Source: Candidatus Omnitrophota bacterium
GTDB taxonomy: Bacteria > Omnitrophota > Gorgyraeia > Gygaellales > Profunditerraquicolaceae
Assembly: GCA_026416665.1 (NCBI GenBank)
Contig: JAOAET010000028.1
Coordinates: 3,706-67,705 of the forward strand
Direction of reading: 5' to 3'
DNA length: 64,000 bases
Below, piece after piece: positions 1 through 12,133 of this stretch. The notes beneath the pieces are model-generated. The model worked only from the letters and a program-made list of their open reading frames with translations, had not been told where the DNA came from and did no database searches. The position numbers were made by a program, and so were the translations under genes. Each line of letters opens with the position of its first letter. Position 1 is the stretch's first letter.

Positions 1-405
1 AAATTCACCTTCCAAGATGTCACCATATACCTCGTCGGTTGAAATTTGCACAAAGCGCTCTAAAGTATTTATTTTACGACATGTATCTAAAAGAACTTGG
101 GTACCAACAACATTGGTATTGGTAAAAACCAATGGGTCTTTTATACTTCTATCCACATGAGTCTGAGCAGCAAAGTTTATAACTAATGATGGCTTTTCTT
201 TTCTAAAAATACTTTCAATTTTTGAACGATTACAGATGTCTGTCTTATAAAAACAAATTCTAGATTTTACCTGACAAATCCGTTCAAAATCTCCTGCATA
301 ATCAAGACAATCTACTACCACAATCTTAAAACCCCGTTGGACTGTCAATCGCACAAAGGCACTACCAATAAAACCACATCCACCTGTTACCAGAATCTTT
401 TTCAT
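1..405 (-). CDS. rmlB: dTDP-glucose 4,6-dehydratase, N-terminal part (gene runs off the window edge)
   Basis: Reverse-complement translation from the ATG at 405 gives [15 protein letters not shown]...STDEVYGD, the Rossmann and SDR motifs of RmlB. The ATGA start overlaps the upstream gene. Confidence 0.75.
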   Translation of the reverse strand, partial: MKKILVTGGCGFIGSAFVRLTVQRGFKIVVVDCLDYAGDFERICQVKSRICFYKTDICNRSKIESIFRKEKPSLVINFAAQTHVDRSIKDPLVFTNTNVVGTQVLLDTCRKINTLERFVQISTDEVYGDILEGEF

Positions 406-1250
406 TTGGTGTTTAAATTTTTAAAATAATTTTGCACACATTCTTCTAAAACATCTTTAATTTCTCTAACCACAAAGCCCGATTGCTCTAATTTCGCCAC
501 AGAAAGAATTAAATTTGTTCTTACCATCTTAAGAACTTCAACCTTTATAACCTCAAATTGAAAATCAGGAATAAATTTTTTATAAACAGAAAGAAGTTGA
601 GGATAATAAAGTCCGCCTTTATTACAACAATTGTAAATGCCTTTGGCGTCAATGTAAAGAAGGTGTTCCAGCATCTTAAGAAAATCAGGAATATAAGTTA
701 CGGAATTAGGCACATCAATTACCCTTTTATATTTAATTAACTTGTCCAATATGTTCTTTGGATGTGGCCTATCATCAAGTGGTATACGAATACGACAAAT
801 GAGTATATTGTATTGATTTGATAAAACTTCTAAAGCACGTTCAGCATAAATCTTGGAACGCGAATAAAATAAATCAAAAAAGTCAGGTATATCTGTTTCC
901 TTAAGCGGAGTTGATTTCTGATAATCATAATGGTAAATACAGCCGCTTGAAATATGAACTAGTTTAAGGCCGTTACGAAGCGCTGCCTCTGCTAAAATAA
1001 TTGGCACAAAGGTATTTGCTGTTAAAGTCATATCTTTATCCAACTCGCAATCATCAACGTTACGGCTACCGGTATAACCAATACAATTAACAATTACTTG
1101 AGGTTTAAAACGCTGGATTTCCTCTTCAGCGTCAGCAAGTTTAGAAATAATACGACTGGAAATATCACAGTCAAAAAAGTCTCTTAAGCGTTCTCCAATA
1201 AAACCTTTGCCAAAAATAAGAATCTTCTTATTAAACTTTTTCATCGGCAA
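402..1250 (-). CDS. Extended-SDR sugar-nucleotide reductase/epimerase, RmlD-like
   Basis: 282 aa with an N-terminal GxGxxG-like [11 protein letters not shown] and a YSRSK catalytic YxxxK. It sits between rmlA and rmlB. Confidence 0.5.
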   Translation of the reverse strand: MPMKKFNKKILIFGKGFIGERLRDFFDCDISSRIISKLADAEEEIQRFKPQVIVNCIGYTGSRNVDDCELDKDMTLTANTFVPIILAEAALRNGLKLVHISSGCIYHYDYQKSTPLKETDIPDFFDLFYSRSKIYAERALEVLSNQYNILICRIRIPLDDRPHPKNILDKLIKYKRVIDVPNSVTYIPDFLKMLEHLLYIDAKGIYNCCNKGGLYYPQLLSVYKKFIPDFQFEVIKVEVLKMVRTNLILSVAKLEQSGFVVREIKDVLEECVQNYFKNLNTK

Positions 1251-2100
1251 TACTTTTTAAATAGTCGCCATAGGAGGTATCAAAACTATTGGCCAATTTT
1301 CTTAATTGACCTGCGGTAATATAACCCATTCTATAAGCTACCTCTTCAATACAACCAATTTTAAGACCTTGTCTTTCCTCAATGGTTTTAATAAATATAG
1401 AAGCATCAATCAAAGAATCATAAGTTCCTGTATCAAGCCAAGCATAGCCCCTACCCAAAATTTTTACACAGAGTTTATTTTTTTTCAGATACTGTTTGTT
1501 TACATCAGTAATTTCTAACTCGCCGCGATTTGATGGCTTTAACTTTTTTGCTATAGAAACAACTTCAGAGTCATAAAAATAAATCCCTGTTACCGCAAAG
1601 TTTGATTTTGGTTTCTTGGGCTTTTCTTCTATGGACAGAACCCGAAACTTCTGGTCAAACTCAATGACTCCGTAACGCTGAGGGTCTTTAACATAATAAC
1701 CGAAAACAGTTGCTCCTTTTTTAAGTTCACTTGCTTCCTGCAACATTCTTGATAATCCTGGACCACTAAAAATATTGTCCCCCAGAATTAAACAAACAGT
1801 CTCCCCACCAATAAATTGTTCGCCAATAATAAATGCTTGAGCAATACCCGCAGGTTTTTCTTGCTGGGCATAAGAAAACTTTACCCCAAGATGGCTGCCA
1901 TCCCCTAAAAGTTTTTTGAATTGTGGCAAGGCCTCAACAGTAGAGATAATCAGAATATCACGAATACCGGCAAGCATAAGCGTAGATAACGGATAATAAA
2001 CCATTGGTTTATCATAAACAGGAAGTAGTTGTTTACTTACTGCCACAGTTACTGGATAAAGACGAGTTGCCTTTCCACCAGCAAGGACAATTCCTTTCAT
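1231..2100 (-). CDS. rmlA: Glucose-1-phosphate thymidylyltransferase
   Basis: [18 protein letters not shown]...LGDNIF...EKP, the canonical RmlA/RfbA motifs. Confidence 0.9.
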   Translation of the reverse strand: MKGIVLAGGKATRLYPVTVAVSKQLLPVYDKPMVYYPLSTLMLAGIRDILIISTVEALPQFKKLLGDGSHLGVKFSYAQQEKPAGIAQAFIIGEQFIGGETVCLILGDNIFSGPGLSRMLQEASELKKGATVFGYYVKDPQRYGVIEFDQKFRVLSIEEKPKKPKSNFAVTGIYFYDSEVVSIAKKLKPSNRGELEITDVNKQYLKKNKLCVKILGRGYAWLDTGTYDSLIDASIFIKTIEERQGLKIGCIEEVAYRMGYITAGQLRKLANSFDTSYGDYLKSIADEKV

Positions 2101-3062
2101 TGTGGGCTCCTTATCTGAAATTTACGGCCTTTCTCTAATTCTTCTTTAAACCAGTCAATAGTTTTTTTAATCCCATCTGTCAAACTGGTTTTTGGTTTCC
2201 AGCCTAACAGTTTTTTGGCTAATCGTAAATCAGGTTTACGTTGTTTAGGGTCGTCACTTGGTAAAGGACAAAAAACTATCTTTGATTTTGAACCCGTAAG
2301 CGCAATAATTTTTTTGGCTAATTCTAAGACCGTGCACTCATAGGTTGCGCCTAGGTTTAAAGGGCCAGGATAATCTACTTCCATAAATCTTAAAATACCC
2401 TCTATTAAATCATCAACATAGCAAAATGAACGGGTATAGTTACCTTCACCGTAAACAGTTAGTTCTTTGCCTGTAAGAGCCTGATAAATAAAGTTTGACA
2501 TTACCCTACCGTCGTTAAAACGCATACAAGGCCCATAGGTATTAAAAATTCTTACCACACGCACATTTATTTTATGCTGTCTAAAATAAGCGAAAGTCAT
2601 TGCCTCTGCCGCTCGTTTTGCCTCATCATAACAACTACGTTCACCAATGGGATTGACATTCCCCCAATAAGTCTCAGGTTGAGGTGAAACTAACGGGTCC
2701 CCATATACCTCTGAGGTGGAAGCAAGAAAAAACCTTGCCTGATGTGCCTTAGCTATACCCAAACAATTATGCGTACCTAAAGTTCCGACTTTTATTGTTT
2801 TAATGGGGTGTTTTAAATAATCTTTGGGCGAAGCAGGTGAGGCAAAATGCATTACCCAGTCAAGCCGTTCTTCAATATAAAGCGATTTGGTTATATCGTG
2901 GTAGATAAAAGAAAAACGTTTATTTCTTTTTAATTCCTCAATATTTTTTTCTTGACCAGTAATAAAGTTATCTACACAAATAACGCGGTGACCATTACCT
3001 AAAAGCGCCCGACATAAATGTGACCCTAAAAAACCCGCACCACCAGTAATCAATATCTTCAT
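2097..3062 (-). CDS. uxs: UDP-glucuronate decarboxylase (UDP-xylose synthase)
   Basis: [19 protein letters not shown]...[19 protein letters not shown], which is a UXS-type extended SDR signature. Confidence 0.7.
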   Translation of the reverse strand: MKILITGGAGFLGSHLCRALLGNGHRVICVDNFITGQEKNIEELKRNKRFSFIYHDITKSLYIEERLDWVMHFASPASPKDYLKHPIKTIKVGTLGTHNCLGIAKAHQARFFLASTSEVYGDPLVSPQPETYWGNVNPIGERSCYDEAKRAAEAMTFAYFRQHKINVRVVRIFNTYGPCMRFNDGRVMSNFIYQALTGKELTVYGEGNYTRSFCYVDDLIEGILRFMEVDYPGPLNLGATYECTVLELAKKIIALTGSKSKIVFCPLPSDDPKQRKPDLRLAKKLLGWKPKTSLTDGIKKTIDWFKEELEKGRKFQIRSPQ

Positions 3063-3112
3063 TTTGTCTTTTTAAAACTGCCTAACCTAATATTATCATC
3101 TTCTAAAAATTT

Positions 3113-4417
3113 CTATGTAAGCACTCTACCTATACAACGATAAGTAAAACCAAGCTTTGATATTTCTGATGGCTCCAACATATTTCGACCATCAACTATA
3201 ATGGGTTGACGCATTAATTTTTTTATTTTCTGCCAATCCAACTGCTTAAATTCTGGCCATTCTGTTACTATCAGAAGGCAGTCAGCATCTTTGACTGCCT
3301 CATAGGCATTTTTACAAAACTCTACCTGAGGAATAACTTCTTTTGCTTTCTTCATTGCCTGGGGATCATACGTCTTAATAGAGGCATTTTTTGCAAGTAA
3401 TAACTTAATAATTTCAATAGCAATAGAATTACGAATATCATCTGTTTGTGGTTTAAAACTTAATCCCAAAACAGCAATAGTTTTTTCTTTAATAATCCAA
3501 AGCAAATCTTCTATCTTTTTAACAATTAGTTTTTTCTGGTCATTATTTATCTGACGCACTGCCTTAAGCAATTGAAAATCATAACCCACGATTTCTGCCA
3601 AATGAATGAAGGCATCTAAATCCTTAGGAAAACAGTTTCCCCCAAAACCTGCACCAGCATTAAGAAACGCCCTGCCTATTCGCTTATCATAACCCATACC
3701 TTCTGCAACTTTCTCTACATCTGCGCCAACGCGTTCACAGATTTGTGCCACTGCGTTGATAAACGAAATCTTGGTGGACAAAAAGGCATTTGAGGCATGC
3801 TTAATCATTTCAGCAGTAGTGATATTGGTCACAAGAAGCGGGGCTTTTATGGGTTTGTAAACCCTTCTTAAGATTTCTTCTGCTCTTGTTGACTCTACTC
3901 CAATAACAATCCTATCTGGACGAAGGGTATCTAAAACTGCATGGCCTTCACGTAAAAATTCAGGATTTGAAGCCACATCAAAATCAACTTTTGCTTTGTT
4001 GATCATCTCTACTGTGCGCTTTATCCGTTGGTGCGTCTGAGCAGGAACAGTGCTTTTTTCTACCAAAACTTTATAACCGTTCATTGCTGAAGCAATTTCT
4101 CGGGTAACTTTTTCTACAAAAGACAAATCCGCACTCCCATCTGGCAAAGAGGGTGTATTTACACAAATAAAAATAACCTCAGAATTAATTGTTGCCTCTT
4201 TCAAACTATGAGAGAACTTAAGCCGTTTATTTTTTTTATTCTTTTGCACAATCTCTTTTAGACCCGGCTCATAAATTGGAATAATCCCTTTCTTAAGCCC
4301 TTCTAATTTCTTTTGGTCATTATCTACACAAACGACTTGATGACCTATTTCAGCAAAGCAAGCTGCACTTACTAATCCTACATAACCAGCACCAATTACC
4401 GCAATCCTTTCAGACAT
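3113..4417 (-). CDS. ugd: UDP-glucose 6-dehydrogenase
   Basis: IAVIGAGYVGLV N-terminal Rossmann fold, the GGNCFPKD catalytic-Cys motif, and a 434-aa length. Confidence 0.9.
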   Translation of the reverse strand: MSERIAVIGAGYVGLVSAACFAEIGHQVVCVDNDQKKLEGLKKGIIPIYEPGLKEIVQKNKKNKRLKFSHSLKEATINSEVIFICVNTPSLPDGSADLSFVEKVTREIASAMNGYKVLVEKSTVPAQTHQRIKRTVEMINKAKVDFDVASNPEFLREGHAVLDTLRPDRIVIGVESTRAEEILRRVYKPIKAPLLVTNITTAEMIKHASNAFLSTKISFINAVAQICERVGADVEKVAEGMGYDKRIGRAFLNAGAGFGGNCFPKDLDAFIHLAEIVGYDFQLLKAVRQINNDQKKLIVKKIEDLLWIIKEKTIAVLGLSFKPQTDDIRNSIAIEIIKLLLAKNASIKTYDPQAMKKAKEVIPQVEFCKNAYEAVKDADCLLIVTEWPEFKQLDWQKIKKLMRQPIIVDGRNMLEPSEISKLGFTYRCIGRVLT

Positions 4418-4428
4418 AAAATTCTCCT

Positions 4429-5850
4429 TTATGGCTTATTTTTACATCTGCCAAAGTTATCTTTAATACGGACAATATCATCTTCTTCCAAATACTTACC
4501 TGTCTGCACTTCAATAATTTTAAGTGGCAGAGATTTATGTGGATTTTCCAGACGATGCACACAACCACTAGGAATATAAGTGCTTTGATTGGCATAATAA
4601 AAATAATTACGTTTTCCTTTAGTAATTTTGGCAATGCCTTCTACCACAACCCAATGTTCACTCCTTTTTTTATGATACTGTAAACTCAATGAGCAACCAG
4701 GTTTTACTTCCACTGCCTTTACTTTAAAACCATCGCCTACTTCTAAAACTGTGTATGAACCCCAAGGCCGCTTAACGGTCTTATGTTCATAGTACTCATT
4801 GCGACCTTGCTTCTTTAAAGTATCTACTATTTTTTTGACTTCTTCGCTTCTGTCCTTCTTGGTAATAAGGGTTGCATCAGCAGTATCTACAATTATAACA
4901 TTATCTAAACCAATGGCGGCAATCAAACGACCTTGTCCAAAAACAGTGGTATTTTTTGAATCTATGTTAATGACGTCGGCTTTAAAAAAATTTCCTTTTT
5001 TATCTTTAGGTAAAATTTCATCCCATGACTGCCAACTGCCTAAATCCGACCAACCTAAATCTTCAGCAACAAGCACAATAACATCGGCAGTTTTCTCTAA
5101 AATACCATAATCAAAGGAAATTGGCTCAACTTCTGGCCAGATTTTCTCAATATCACTTGAATTGGATATCTTATGAAGTAAATAAAAAAGTTTTGGTAGA
5201 TTTTTTTTATATTCTCTCAGGAACACTTCACTTTTACCAATAAATATCCCGCTGTTCCAGAAAAAACAACCACTTTTTAAAAATGCCTTTGCCTTTTCAA
5301 AATCAGGCTTTTCAGTAAACCTTTTTACAAAAAAAGCCTTTTTTTGCTTATCTACTTCTTGACCAATTTGTATGTAACCATATCCTGTGGCAGCACGAGT
5401 AGGTGGTATACCCAAAATAACCAAATTTTGTTCTGTCAATTCCAAAGCGTTTCTTAGAATCTTTAAAAATCGCTTTTTGTTTTGAATACGGTGGTCACAA
5501 GGAAGTACGGCTATTTTTGCTTGAGGGTCACGACAATGTATTAGTGCTACACCAACACCTACAGAAGGGGCAGTGTTTTTACCTTCATTCTCAAAAATAA
5601 TATTACTTTGGGGTATCCCAAAATAACAGGCAAGTTCTAAAATTGAAAAACGATACAACTCTGATGTGGCAATATAAATATTTTGGGGAGAAATTACCGG
5701 TAGAACACGCTGGATAGTTTGTTCAAATAAACTCTTGTTATGGTCAAGCGTCAAAAATTGCTTAGGCTCTAAGGTGCGACTCAGTGGCCAAAAACGACTA
5801 CCTTGACCTCCTGCTAACAAAATTGCGTAGGTATGCTTAAGCATCCTCAA
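4429..5850 (-). CDS. manC: Mannose-1-phosphate guanylyltransferase / mannose-6-phosphate isomerase (type II PMI-GMP)
   Basis: [13 protein letters not shown] nucleotidyltransferase motif plus a C-terminal cupin (RPWGSY...EVQTG), 473 aa. Confidence 0.85.
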   Translation of the reverse strand: MRMLKHTYAILLAGGQGSRFWPLSRTLEPKQFLTLDHNKSLFEQTIQRVLPVISPQNIYIATSELYRFSILELACYFGIPQSNIIFENEGKNTAPSVGVGVALIHCRDPQAKIAVLPCDHRIQNKKRFLKILRNALELTEQNLVILGIPPTRAATGYGYIQIGQEVDKQKKAFFVKRFTEKPDFEKAKAFLKSGCFFWNSGIFIGKSEVFLREYKKNLPKLFYLLHKISNSSDIEKIWPEVEPISFDYGILEKTADVIVLVAEDLGWSDLGSWQSWDEILPKDKKGNFFKADVINIDSKNTTVFGQGRLIAAIGLDNVIIVDTADATLITKKDRSEEVKKIVDTLKKQGRNEYYEHKTVKRPWGSYTVLEVGDGFKVKAVEVKPGCSLSLQYHKKRSEHWVVVEGIAKITKGKRNYFYYANQSTYIPSGCVHRLENPHKSLPLKIIEVQTGKYLEEDDIVRIKDNFGRCKNKP

Positions 5851-7018
5851 CTTTTTTTATTTTTAAAAAACGCCTTGTCCCGATTTTCAATATGCCAGAT
5901 GAAGAAATTTTTGCTAATATATCTTTAATCTTCTCTCCGTTAAATACTATTGCACCTTGTTGAATAAGCCGTCGAGCCTCATTTTTGCTAGTAACTAACC
6001 CTGAGTCAACACAAATATCTACCAAAAACATTTCATTATCTAAAGAAAACTCTGGTACCTGTGAAGGAAGTTTTTTCTCTCGGAAGACCTTATCAAACTC
6101 TTCGGCTGCTTGAACAGCTTCTTTTTCACCGTGGTAGTGGCTGACAATAATTTTAGCTAAACGCACTTTTGCTTCTTTAGGGTGCAACGATTTTATGAAA
6201 TTTAGGTCTTCATCGGTAAGTAACGTATAATATTTTAACATCAGTTCGTCAGAAATTGACATTATTTTACCAAACATCTCCCCAGCAGGCTCATTAATTC
6301 CAATATAATTACCCAATGATTTACTCATCTTATTTACGCCGTCAATTCCTTCAAGAAGTGGCATAGTTATGACCACCTGTGGTTGTTGAGAAAAGTCTTT
6401 TTGCATATCACGGCCAACTAAAAGATTAAAAATTTGGTCTGTGCCACCTAGCTCAATATCTGCCTCTAAATACACTGAATCATAACCTTGAAGAACTGGA
6501 TAGAGAAATTCAAGTAAAGAAACGTCTTGTTTGTTCTCCAAACGTCTTTTAAAATCTTCACGGGAAAGCATCTGAGCAACAGTTACATGCATAGTAAGAC
6601 CAAGAAATTCTGCAATAGACATTTTCTCAAACCACTGGCTGTTAAAAACAACACGAAGGTCATTTAAATTTAGAATCTTACCTACTTGTTCTTTGTAGGT
6701 TTTCGCATTAGCTAAAACCTCTTCTTTGGAGAGTGTCTTACGAAGCTGTGACCTACCTGTAGGGTCACCAATCTGCGCAGTAAAATCACCGATTAAAAAA
6801 TAAACCTCGTGGCCAAGGTCTTGAAACTGACGCATCTTACGTAGAAGAACCGTATGGCCAAGATGTAGGTCAGCAGCTGTGGGGTCAAATCCTGCTTTGA
6901 TACGCAAAGGACGTTTTTCTCGTAAAGAGCATTCTAGTTTTTTAACCAGTTCCTCTTCAGAAATAATATCTACTGCTCCGCGCTTTATAATCTCAAGTTG
7001 CTTTTCTAAATCTAACAT
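5837..7018 (-). CDS. tyrS: Tyrosyl-tRNA synthetase
   Basis: HLGH (HIGH-class motif), KMSKS and a C-terminal S4 domain. Confidence 0.9.
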   Translation of the reverse strand: MLDLEKQLEIIKRGAVDIISEEELVKKLECSLREKRPLRIKAGFDPTAADLHLGHTVLLRKMRQFQDLGHEVYFLIGDFTAQIGDPTGRSQLRKTLSKEEVLANAKTYKEQVGKILNLNDLRVVFNSQWFEKMSIAEFLGLTMHVTVAQMLSREDFKRRLENKQDVSLLEFLYPVLQGYDSVYLEADIELGGTDQIFNLLVGRDMQKDFSQQPQVVITMPLLEGIDGVNKMSKSLGNYIGINEPAGEMFGKIMSISDELMLKYYTLLTDEDLNFIKSLHPKEAKVRLAKIIVSHYHGEKEAVQAAEEFDKVFREKKLPSQVPEFSLDNEMFLVDICVDSGLVTSKNEARRLIQQGAIVFNGEKIKDILAKISSSGILKIGTRRFLKIKKVEDA

Positions 7019-7083
7019 AGATAAAATTCTTTTTGATTTTCTCAGTTTTCTATAACAGTATTTAGAATAGGTTAAACCTGTTC

Positions 7084-8622
7084 TTAAATACGAGCAGAAA
7101 GACCAATTTTCCCCTGCTCTACGTCTACTTTAATAACTTTAACATTGAGTTTATCACCTGGTTTAAGGGCTTTAAGTTTGTCTTGATCAATCTCATTAGA
7201 AAAAACCAGCCCTTCTAAATCCTCTTCCAGTTTAACAAATACCCCAAAATCAGTTATACTGACTACTTCTGTCTCAAGCTGGGTATCCAGTTTGTACTTT
7301 TCAGCAATTTTTGGCCAAGGATTTTCTTGCATCTGTTTTAAACCTAAAGCAATCCTCTGATTCTGGGTATCTACTGAAAGAACCTTAATTTCGATTTTCT
7401 GCCCTTTTTTGAGGACGTCTTGCGGATTAGATATTCTTTTTGTCCAAGACAAATCTGAGATATGAATCATCCCTTCTAAATTGGCATCTAATTCCACAAA
7501 AACACCATATTTGGTAAACCCTTTTACTTTACCTTGAACAACTGAGCCAACAGGGAACTTGGTCTCTGCTTCAAGCCAAGGATTTGTCTCAAGTTGTCTT
7601 ATAGAAAGAGATATTCGCCGATTATCTTTATCAATAGTCAAAATCTGCGCCTCTACCATATCTCCAATAGCAAATACTTCATTAGGATTATTTACCTTTT
7701 TTGTCCAAGAAAACTCCGAGATATGGATAAGCCCTTCAATACCCTTATCTAACTCTACAAACACACCATAAGGTAAGATACTTACCACTTTTCCTTTTAC
7801 TTTTGCTCCAACACTGAACTTAGATTCTACATCTTGCCAAGGATCAGGCATTCTCTGCTTTAGTCCCAACGATACCTTCCCGCTTTCCCGATCAAGATTA
7901 AGAATCATTACATCAATTTTGTCGCCTACTGCTACCACTTCTGAAGGATGGGAAACCTTTGACCAAGACATATCGGTAATGTGCAACAGACCATCAACTC
8001 CACCTAAATCAATGAATGCACCAAAATCTGTAATAGCTTTGACAGTGCCTGGAACAACTTGACCAATCTTTAATTGAGACCATAGTTTATCACGAATCTC
8101 TTCTTTTTCTTTGGTAATTGCCTCTTTTCGTGAAAGGATTATCCCATAACGGACTTTATTAACTTTTATTATTTTAAATTTAAACTTCTTTCCCAAAATA
8201 TCTTTTTCGGCCATATTCTTAAAAGCAGACAGAGAAGCAGGTAAAAATCCCTCAATCCCAAGTACATCCACCAAAAAACCACCTTTTACTTTCTTAACTG
8301 GCGTTCCTTCTACAAGAGTCCCTGCCTCAGCATGCTGAACAATCTTATCCCAACCTTGCATACAACGTGCCTTTTCACGAGAAAGAAGCATAAGCCCAGC
8401 ATCATCTTCAATAGCCTCAACAAAAAAATCTAATTCCTTTCCTATTTCTAGTTCCTCTTGTTTAAATTCGTTAATCGGCACAACCCCTTCAGACTTAAAA
8501 CCTACATCAACCAACACATCTTTAGGTTTGATTGTAACAATCTTACCCTTTACTAAACTACCTTCCTGTATTATTTTAATACTTTCATTATACAATTGTT
8601 CCATTTCTGTTCGTTCTGTCAT
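7084..8622 (-). CDS. rpsA: 30S ribosomal protein S1
   Basis: 512 aa with multiple tandem S1 RNA-binding repeats (G.V.G.V..I..FGAFV). Confidence 0.9.
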   Translation of the reverse strand: MTERTEMEQLYNESIKIIQEGSLVKGKIVTIKPKDVLVDVGFKSEGVVPINEFKQEELEIGKELDFFVEAIEDDAGLMLLSREKARCMQGWDKIVQHAEAGTLVEGTPVKKVKGGFLVDVLGIEGFLPASLSAFKNMAEKDILGKKFKFKIIKVNKVRYGIILSRKEAITKEKEEIRDKLWSQLKIGQVVPGTVKAITDFGAFIDLGGVDGLLHITDMSWSKVSHPSEVVAVGDKIDVMILNLDRESGKVSLGLKQRMPDPWQDVESKFSVGAKVKGKVVSILPYGVFVELDKGIEGLIHISEFSWTKKVNNPNEVFAIGDMVEAQILTIDKDNRRISLSIRQLETNPWLEAETKFPVGSVVQGKVKGFTKYGVFVELDANLEGMIHISDLSWTKRISNPQDVLKKGQKIEIKVLSVDTQNQRIALGLKQMQENPWPKIAEKYKLDTQLETEVVSITDFGVFVKLEEDLEGLVFSNEIDQDKLKALKPGDKLNVKVIKVDVEQGKIGLSARI

Positions 8623-8840
8623 TTTTAATCACCCTTTCTATTAAGATTTGAATTTCTAATTTTCTTTTACCTAAAAAATAATTTCTTTTTATCTCTACAA
8701 GGAGGAATTCACCTCCTTCTGCCTTGGGATTACTCCTCGGCGTAATCTTTTTTGAAAAATAATTTTATAAGAATAAAAAAAACACCCCGTTGCCTCAACG
8801 TAATATCTGTTTCCATTTAAACAAGGATGTTTTACAGCCT

Positions 8841-9446
8841 TCATGCTAAACTCTCTATGGCGTATTTGACTACATCGGCAAAATCCTGATACGCCATCCT
8901 CCTTTCCATAACTATTTGTTTACCGAAAGTAACAGATAAAGGAACCAGACGTATTCTCCAATGGCCCTTTGGTAAGGCTTTGTATGTGCCGCTTAAATAA
9001 GCAGGAATAACTGGCACTTTAAGGCGCTGGGCTAAAAATCCGATTCCTTCTTGTAATTTCCCTACTGAGCCGTCCTCAGTTCTTTTACCTTCTGGAAAAA
9101 TCAATAAGGCTCCACCTCTACTTACCCAACTAATTGCTTTTTTTATTGCTGTTATATCCATCTTATTTCTTTTAAGTGGCACCGCGTGAACTTGTCTTAT
9201 CAACCATGCAAAAAAAGGATTTACAAATAACTGTTCTTTTGCTAAAAACAAAAGCTCTCTAGGAGATGCAACCCCTATTACAATAGGGTCAAGAAAACTA
9301 GCATGATTTACCGCTAAAATAAAACCTCCTTCTTTTGGAATATTTTCTACACCCCTTACCTTAAATTTAAAAAAAATTTTTAGAATTACCCAAAAAAAGA
9401 TTTTTCCAAGTTTATACAACATATTTAGAAATAAGCTCTTTACCAA
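8841..9446 (-). CDS. plsC: 1-acyl-sn-glycerol-3-phosphate acyltransferase
   Basis: NHASFLDP (HX4D acyltransferase motif) and FPEGKRT. The 5' end overlaps the upstream gene, so the true start may be an internal Met. Confidence 0.7.
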   Translation of the reverse strand: MVKSLFLNMLYKLGKIFFWVILKIFFKFKVRGVENIPKEGGFILAVNHASFLDPIVIGVASPRELLFLAKEQLFVNPFFAWLIRQVHAVPLKRNKMDITAIKKAISWVSRGGALLIFPEGKRTEDGSVGKLQEGIGFLAQRLKVPVIPAYLSGTYKALPKGHWRIRLVPLSVTFGKQIVMERRMAYQDFADVVKYAIESLA

Positions 9447-10812
9447 ACTCTAACATAGCAACTGTTGTATTCTTTTCTTCGGACTCTGCATAAACTCGGA
9501 TAATCGGCTCTGTGCCAGATGCCCTTAACATAAGCCAGGAACGGTCTTCTAAAATGAATTTTATTCCATCTGTGTCGTCTATGGAAGAAACTTTTTTTCC
9601 AAAAATATTTTTAATATCACGCAACATATTTAAATCTAATTGCTTTTTTAAATGCACCTCTGTGCGTAAATAATAATATCTACCAAATTCTCGCTCCATT
9701 TCTTTTAGTAAAGCAAGCATTGGCTTTTTACGAAAAGCCATCATTTCAAGTAAAAGCAGACCTGCCAAACTTCCGTCGCGCTCAGGTATATAATTTTTAA
9801 ATCCAATCCCCCCTGCCTCTTCTCCACCGATAAGGATATTTTCCTTGACCATAAGCTCAGAAATATATTTAAAACCAACTGGTGTCTGATACAGTTTAAG
9901 ATGCAAGGTATTACAAATATTGTCTATTAAATTAGAACCTACTACTGTCTTTACCACTGCACCATTCATACCTCTATCCTGAATCAAATGAAGTATCAAA
10001 AGTCCCAATATTTTTTGAGGATTAATAAATTCTCCTTTTCCACAAAAGGCAGCTATACGATCAGCGTCACCGTCTAAAACGATACCTAAATCAAAATCAC
10101 CTTTTTTCATTCTCTCATAAGAAACTCTTAAATTCTCTAATATTGGCTCAGGCCTTAAACCGCCAAATGAGGGATTAGGTTCTGTTCGCAGAAATTCAAG
10201 TTTAACAGGGGTAGCTTTAAGAACCTCAGCAAGAAAACTGTCTCCGCTACCGTGCATTGCATCTACAAGAACCCTAAACCTTGCCCGTCTAAGCTGTTTC
10301 ATATCTACATATCGGCGTAAGAAATCAATATATTCACCAGTAAGATTATCCTCAAGTACAGAAGCAGATGGTTCAATAAGAATAGGATTAGCACCTAGAA
10401 GTTTTTCCACCTGTCTTGTAAGTTCTACAGGTGCTGCCCCCCCTTCAGCTGTCTTTATTTTAATTCCATTATAAAAAGCTGGGTTATGGCTGGCAGTAAT
10501 CATTATCCCAGCAGTCATCTTTCTATTTTTTACTGCGAAACTAAGCGTAGGTGTCGGAACTGCTCTATCAGAAAGAATTACTTCAATGCCATTTGCCGAT
10601 AGAACTTCTGCCACTAAACGTGCAAAAGTATCTGACTGAAACCGCGTATCATAACCAACCGCAATTCGTATTTTTTTCTCTTTAAATGTATGTTTATAAT
10701 AATCTGCTATTGCCTGACTGACTAAACGCACATTTGCAAAAGTAAAATCATCACCTATAATCCCTCTCCAACCGTCAGTACCAAACTTTATTGTAGTTGT
10801 ATTTATCTGCAT
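9412..10812 (-). CDS. Phosphomannomutase/phosphoglucomutase (alpha-D-phosphohexomutase)
   Basis: GTDGWRG, TASHNP (active-site Ser), DGDADR metal-binding loop. Confidence 0.8.
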   Translation of the reverse strand: MQINTTTIKFGTDGWRGIIGDDFTFANVRLVSQAIADYYKHTFKEKKIRIAVGYDTRFQSDTFARLVAEVLSANGIEVILSDRAVPTPTLSFAVKNRKMTAGIMITASHNPAFYNGIKIKTAEGGAAPVELTRQVEKLLGANPILIEPSASVLEDNLTGEYIDFLRRYVDMKQLRRARFRVLVDAMHGSGDSFLAEVLKATPVKLEFLRTEPNPSFGGLRPEPILENLRVSYERMKKGDFDLGIVLDGDADRIAAFCGKGEFINPQKILGLLILHLIQDRGMNGAVVKTVVGSNLIDNICNTLHLKLYQTPVGFKYISELMVKENILIGGEEAGGIGFKNYIPERDGSLAGLLLLEMMAFRKKPMLALLKEMEREFGRYYYLRTEVHLKKQLDLNMLRDIKNIFGKKVSSIDDTDGIKFILEDRSWLMLRASGTEPIIRVYAESEEKNTTVAMLEFGKELISKYVV

Positions 10813-11444
10813 CGTAATCTCCTTATTGCCTCAGCATAATCTTTTGAGCCAAAGATATAAGAACCCGCTACTAATACATTTGCTCCTGCCTGGCAAACAA
10901 GTCCAGCAGTTTTATCATTAATTCCACCATCAACTGCAATATCTCCGCAAAAAATACGGCGTAATTGTCGAATTTTAGGAATCACTTCAGAAATAAATTT
11001 TTGTCCTCCAAACCCAGGATTCACCGACATTACTAGAATAAAATCAGCTAATTTACAAATTGGCTTAATTTTGGTAAAGGGTGTTGCTGGATTAAGTGAA
11101 AGTCCAAAAAGTAACCCCTTTGATTTTACTTTTGCTCTTAAACGCTCAAGTTGGTTGGCAGATACTGCCTCAATATGAACAGTTAGCATATCACTACCTG
11201 CACTGGCAAAGGCGTCGATGAATTTATGGGGTTCTTCTATCATTAAATGCACATCCAAAGGCATCTTAGTAGCGCGTCTTATATCCTTAACCACCACAGG
11301 ACCAATAGTAATATTGGGAACAAAATGCCCGTCCATTACATCAATATGCAAAAGGTCTGCTCCGGCGGTTTCCACTTTCCTAATCTCTTCTGCCAATCGA
11401 CTAAAATCAGCAGACAATATTGAAGGTGCAATCTTTAATTGCAT
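10803..11444 (-). CDS. rpe: Ribulose-phosphate 3-epimerase
   Basis: IAPSILSADF...HIDVMDGHFVPN, the canonical Rpe N-terminus. Confidence 0.9.
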   Translation of the reverse strand: MQLKIAPSILSADFSRLAEEIRKVETAGADLLHIDVMDGHFVPNITIGPVVVKDIRRATKMPLDVHLMIEEPHKFIDAFASAGSDMLTVHIEAVSANQLERLRAKVKSKGLLFGLSLNPATPFTKIKPICKLADFILVMSVNPGFGGQKFISEVIPKIRQLRRIFCGDIAVDGGINDKTAGLVCQAGANVLVAGSYIFGSKDYAEAIRRLRCR

Positions 11445-11498
11445 AGGTATTTAAACTTATTTTTATTCAATTAACCTACCCTAAAATAAACAGTAGAT

Positions 11499-12089
11499 TT
11501 ATTTTTTATAGAGATTCTTTTCTACAATATAATCATACACAGGCCCAGGAACAAGATAACGAAATGAACTACCTTTTTGAATACGGTTTCGTATTTCAAA
11601 GGCAGAGACATCTACTGCGCGTATAGCAACAACGGAAACTCTCTTACGCAATGAGCCAAGCTTTTGGGAAATCTTCTCTAATGGATAACCGGGTCTGGTA
11701 GCTACAATAAATTTGGCAATCTCAGTAATCTGCTTAAGGTCTTTCCACTCATCAAGGTAGTTAAATAAGTCTGAACCGATTATAAAAAATAAATTATCTT
11801 TCCTATATTGGCTGCGTAATTGCCTTAAAGTATCTATAGTATAAGAGCGACCTTGTCTCTTTACCTCAAGATCGCTTACCTCAAAATAAGGATTACCTTT
11901 TATTGCCAATCTAACCATGGCTAAGCGATGAAAAGCTTCTATTATATCGTGGTTGTCCTTGTGAGGAGGAAGATAAGTAGGAATAAAAATTATCTTATCT
12001 AACTTTTTTTTCTCACGAACTTCTTCTGCAAGAATTAAATGACCAATATGTATTGGATTAAAAGTTCCACCCACTATACCAATCAACAT
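11499..12089 (-). CDS. nadD: Nicotinate-nucleotide adenylyltransferase
   Basis: GGTFNPIHIGHL nucleotidyltransferase (H/T)xGH motif, 196 aa. Confidence 0.85.
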   Translation of the reverse strand: MLIGIVGGTFNPIHIGHLILAEEVREKKKLDKIIFIPTYLPPHKDNHDIIEAFHRLAMVRLAIKGNPYFEVSDLEVKRQGRSYTIDTLRQLRSQYRKDNLFFIIGSDLFNYLDEWKDLKQITEIAKFIVATRPGYPLEKISQKLGSLRKRVSVVAIRAVDVSAFEIRNRIQKGSSFRYLVPGPVYDYIVEKNLYKK

Positions 12090-12133
12090 TTATTCACTTC
12101 CTCAGACGTATTTAATTATTAACATTTTGACTA

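Noticed and set aside
4410-4634. 74-aa minus-strand ORF overlapping the manC 3' end and ugd start
   Set aside because: It is wholly embedded in the manC/ugd overlap region in another frame, with a hydrophobic low-complexity product. It is most likely an ORF-caller artefact.
8697-8716. AAGGAGG-AATTCA-CCTCCTT hairpin in the plsC-rpsA intergenic region, considered as a riboswitch or autoregulatory S1 leader element
   Set aside because: It is a 7-bp stem with no additional conserved structure visible. It is more simply a weak terminator or SD-sequestering hairpin, and there is too little evidence for a specific regulatory call.
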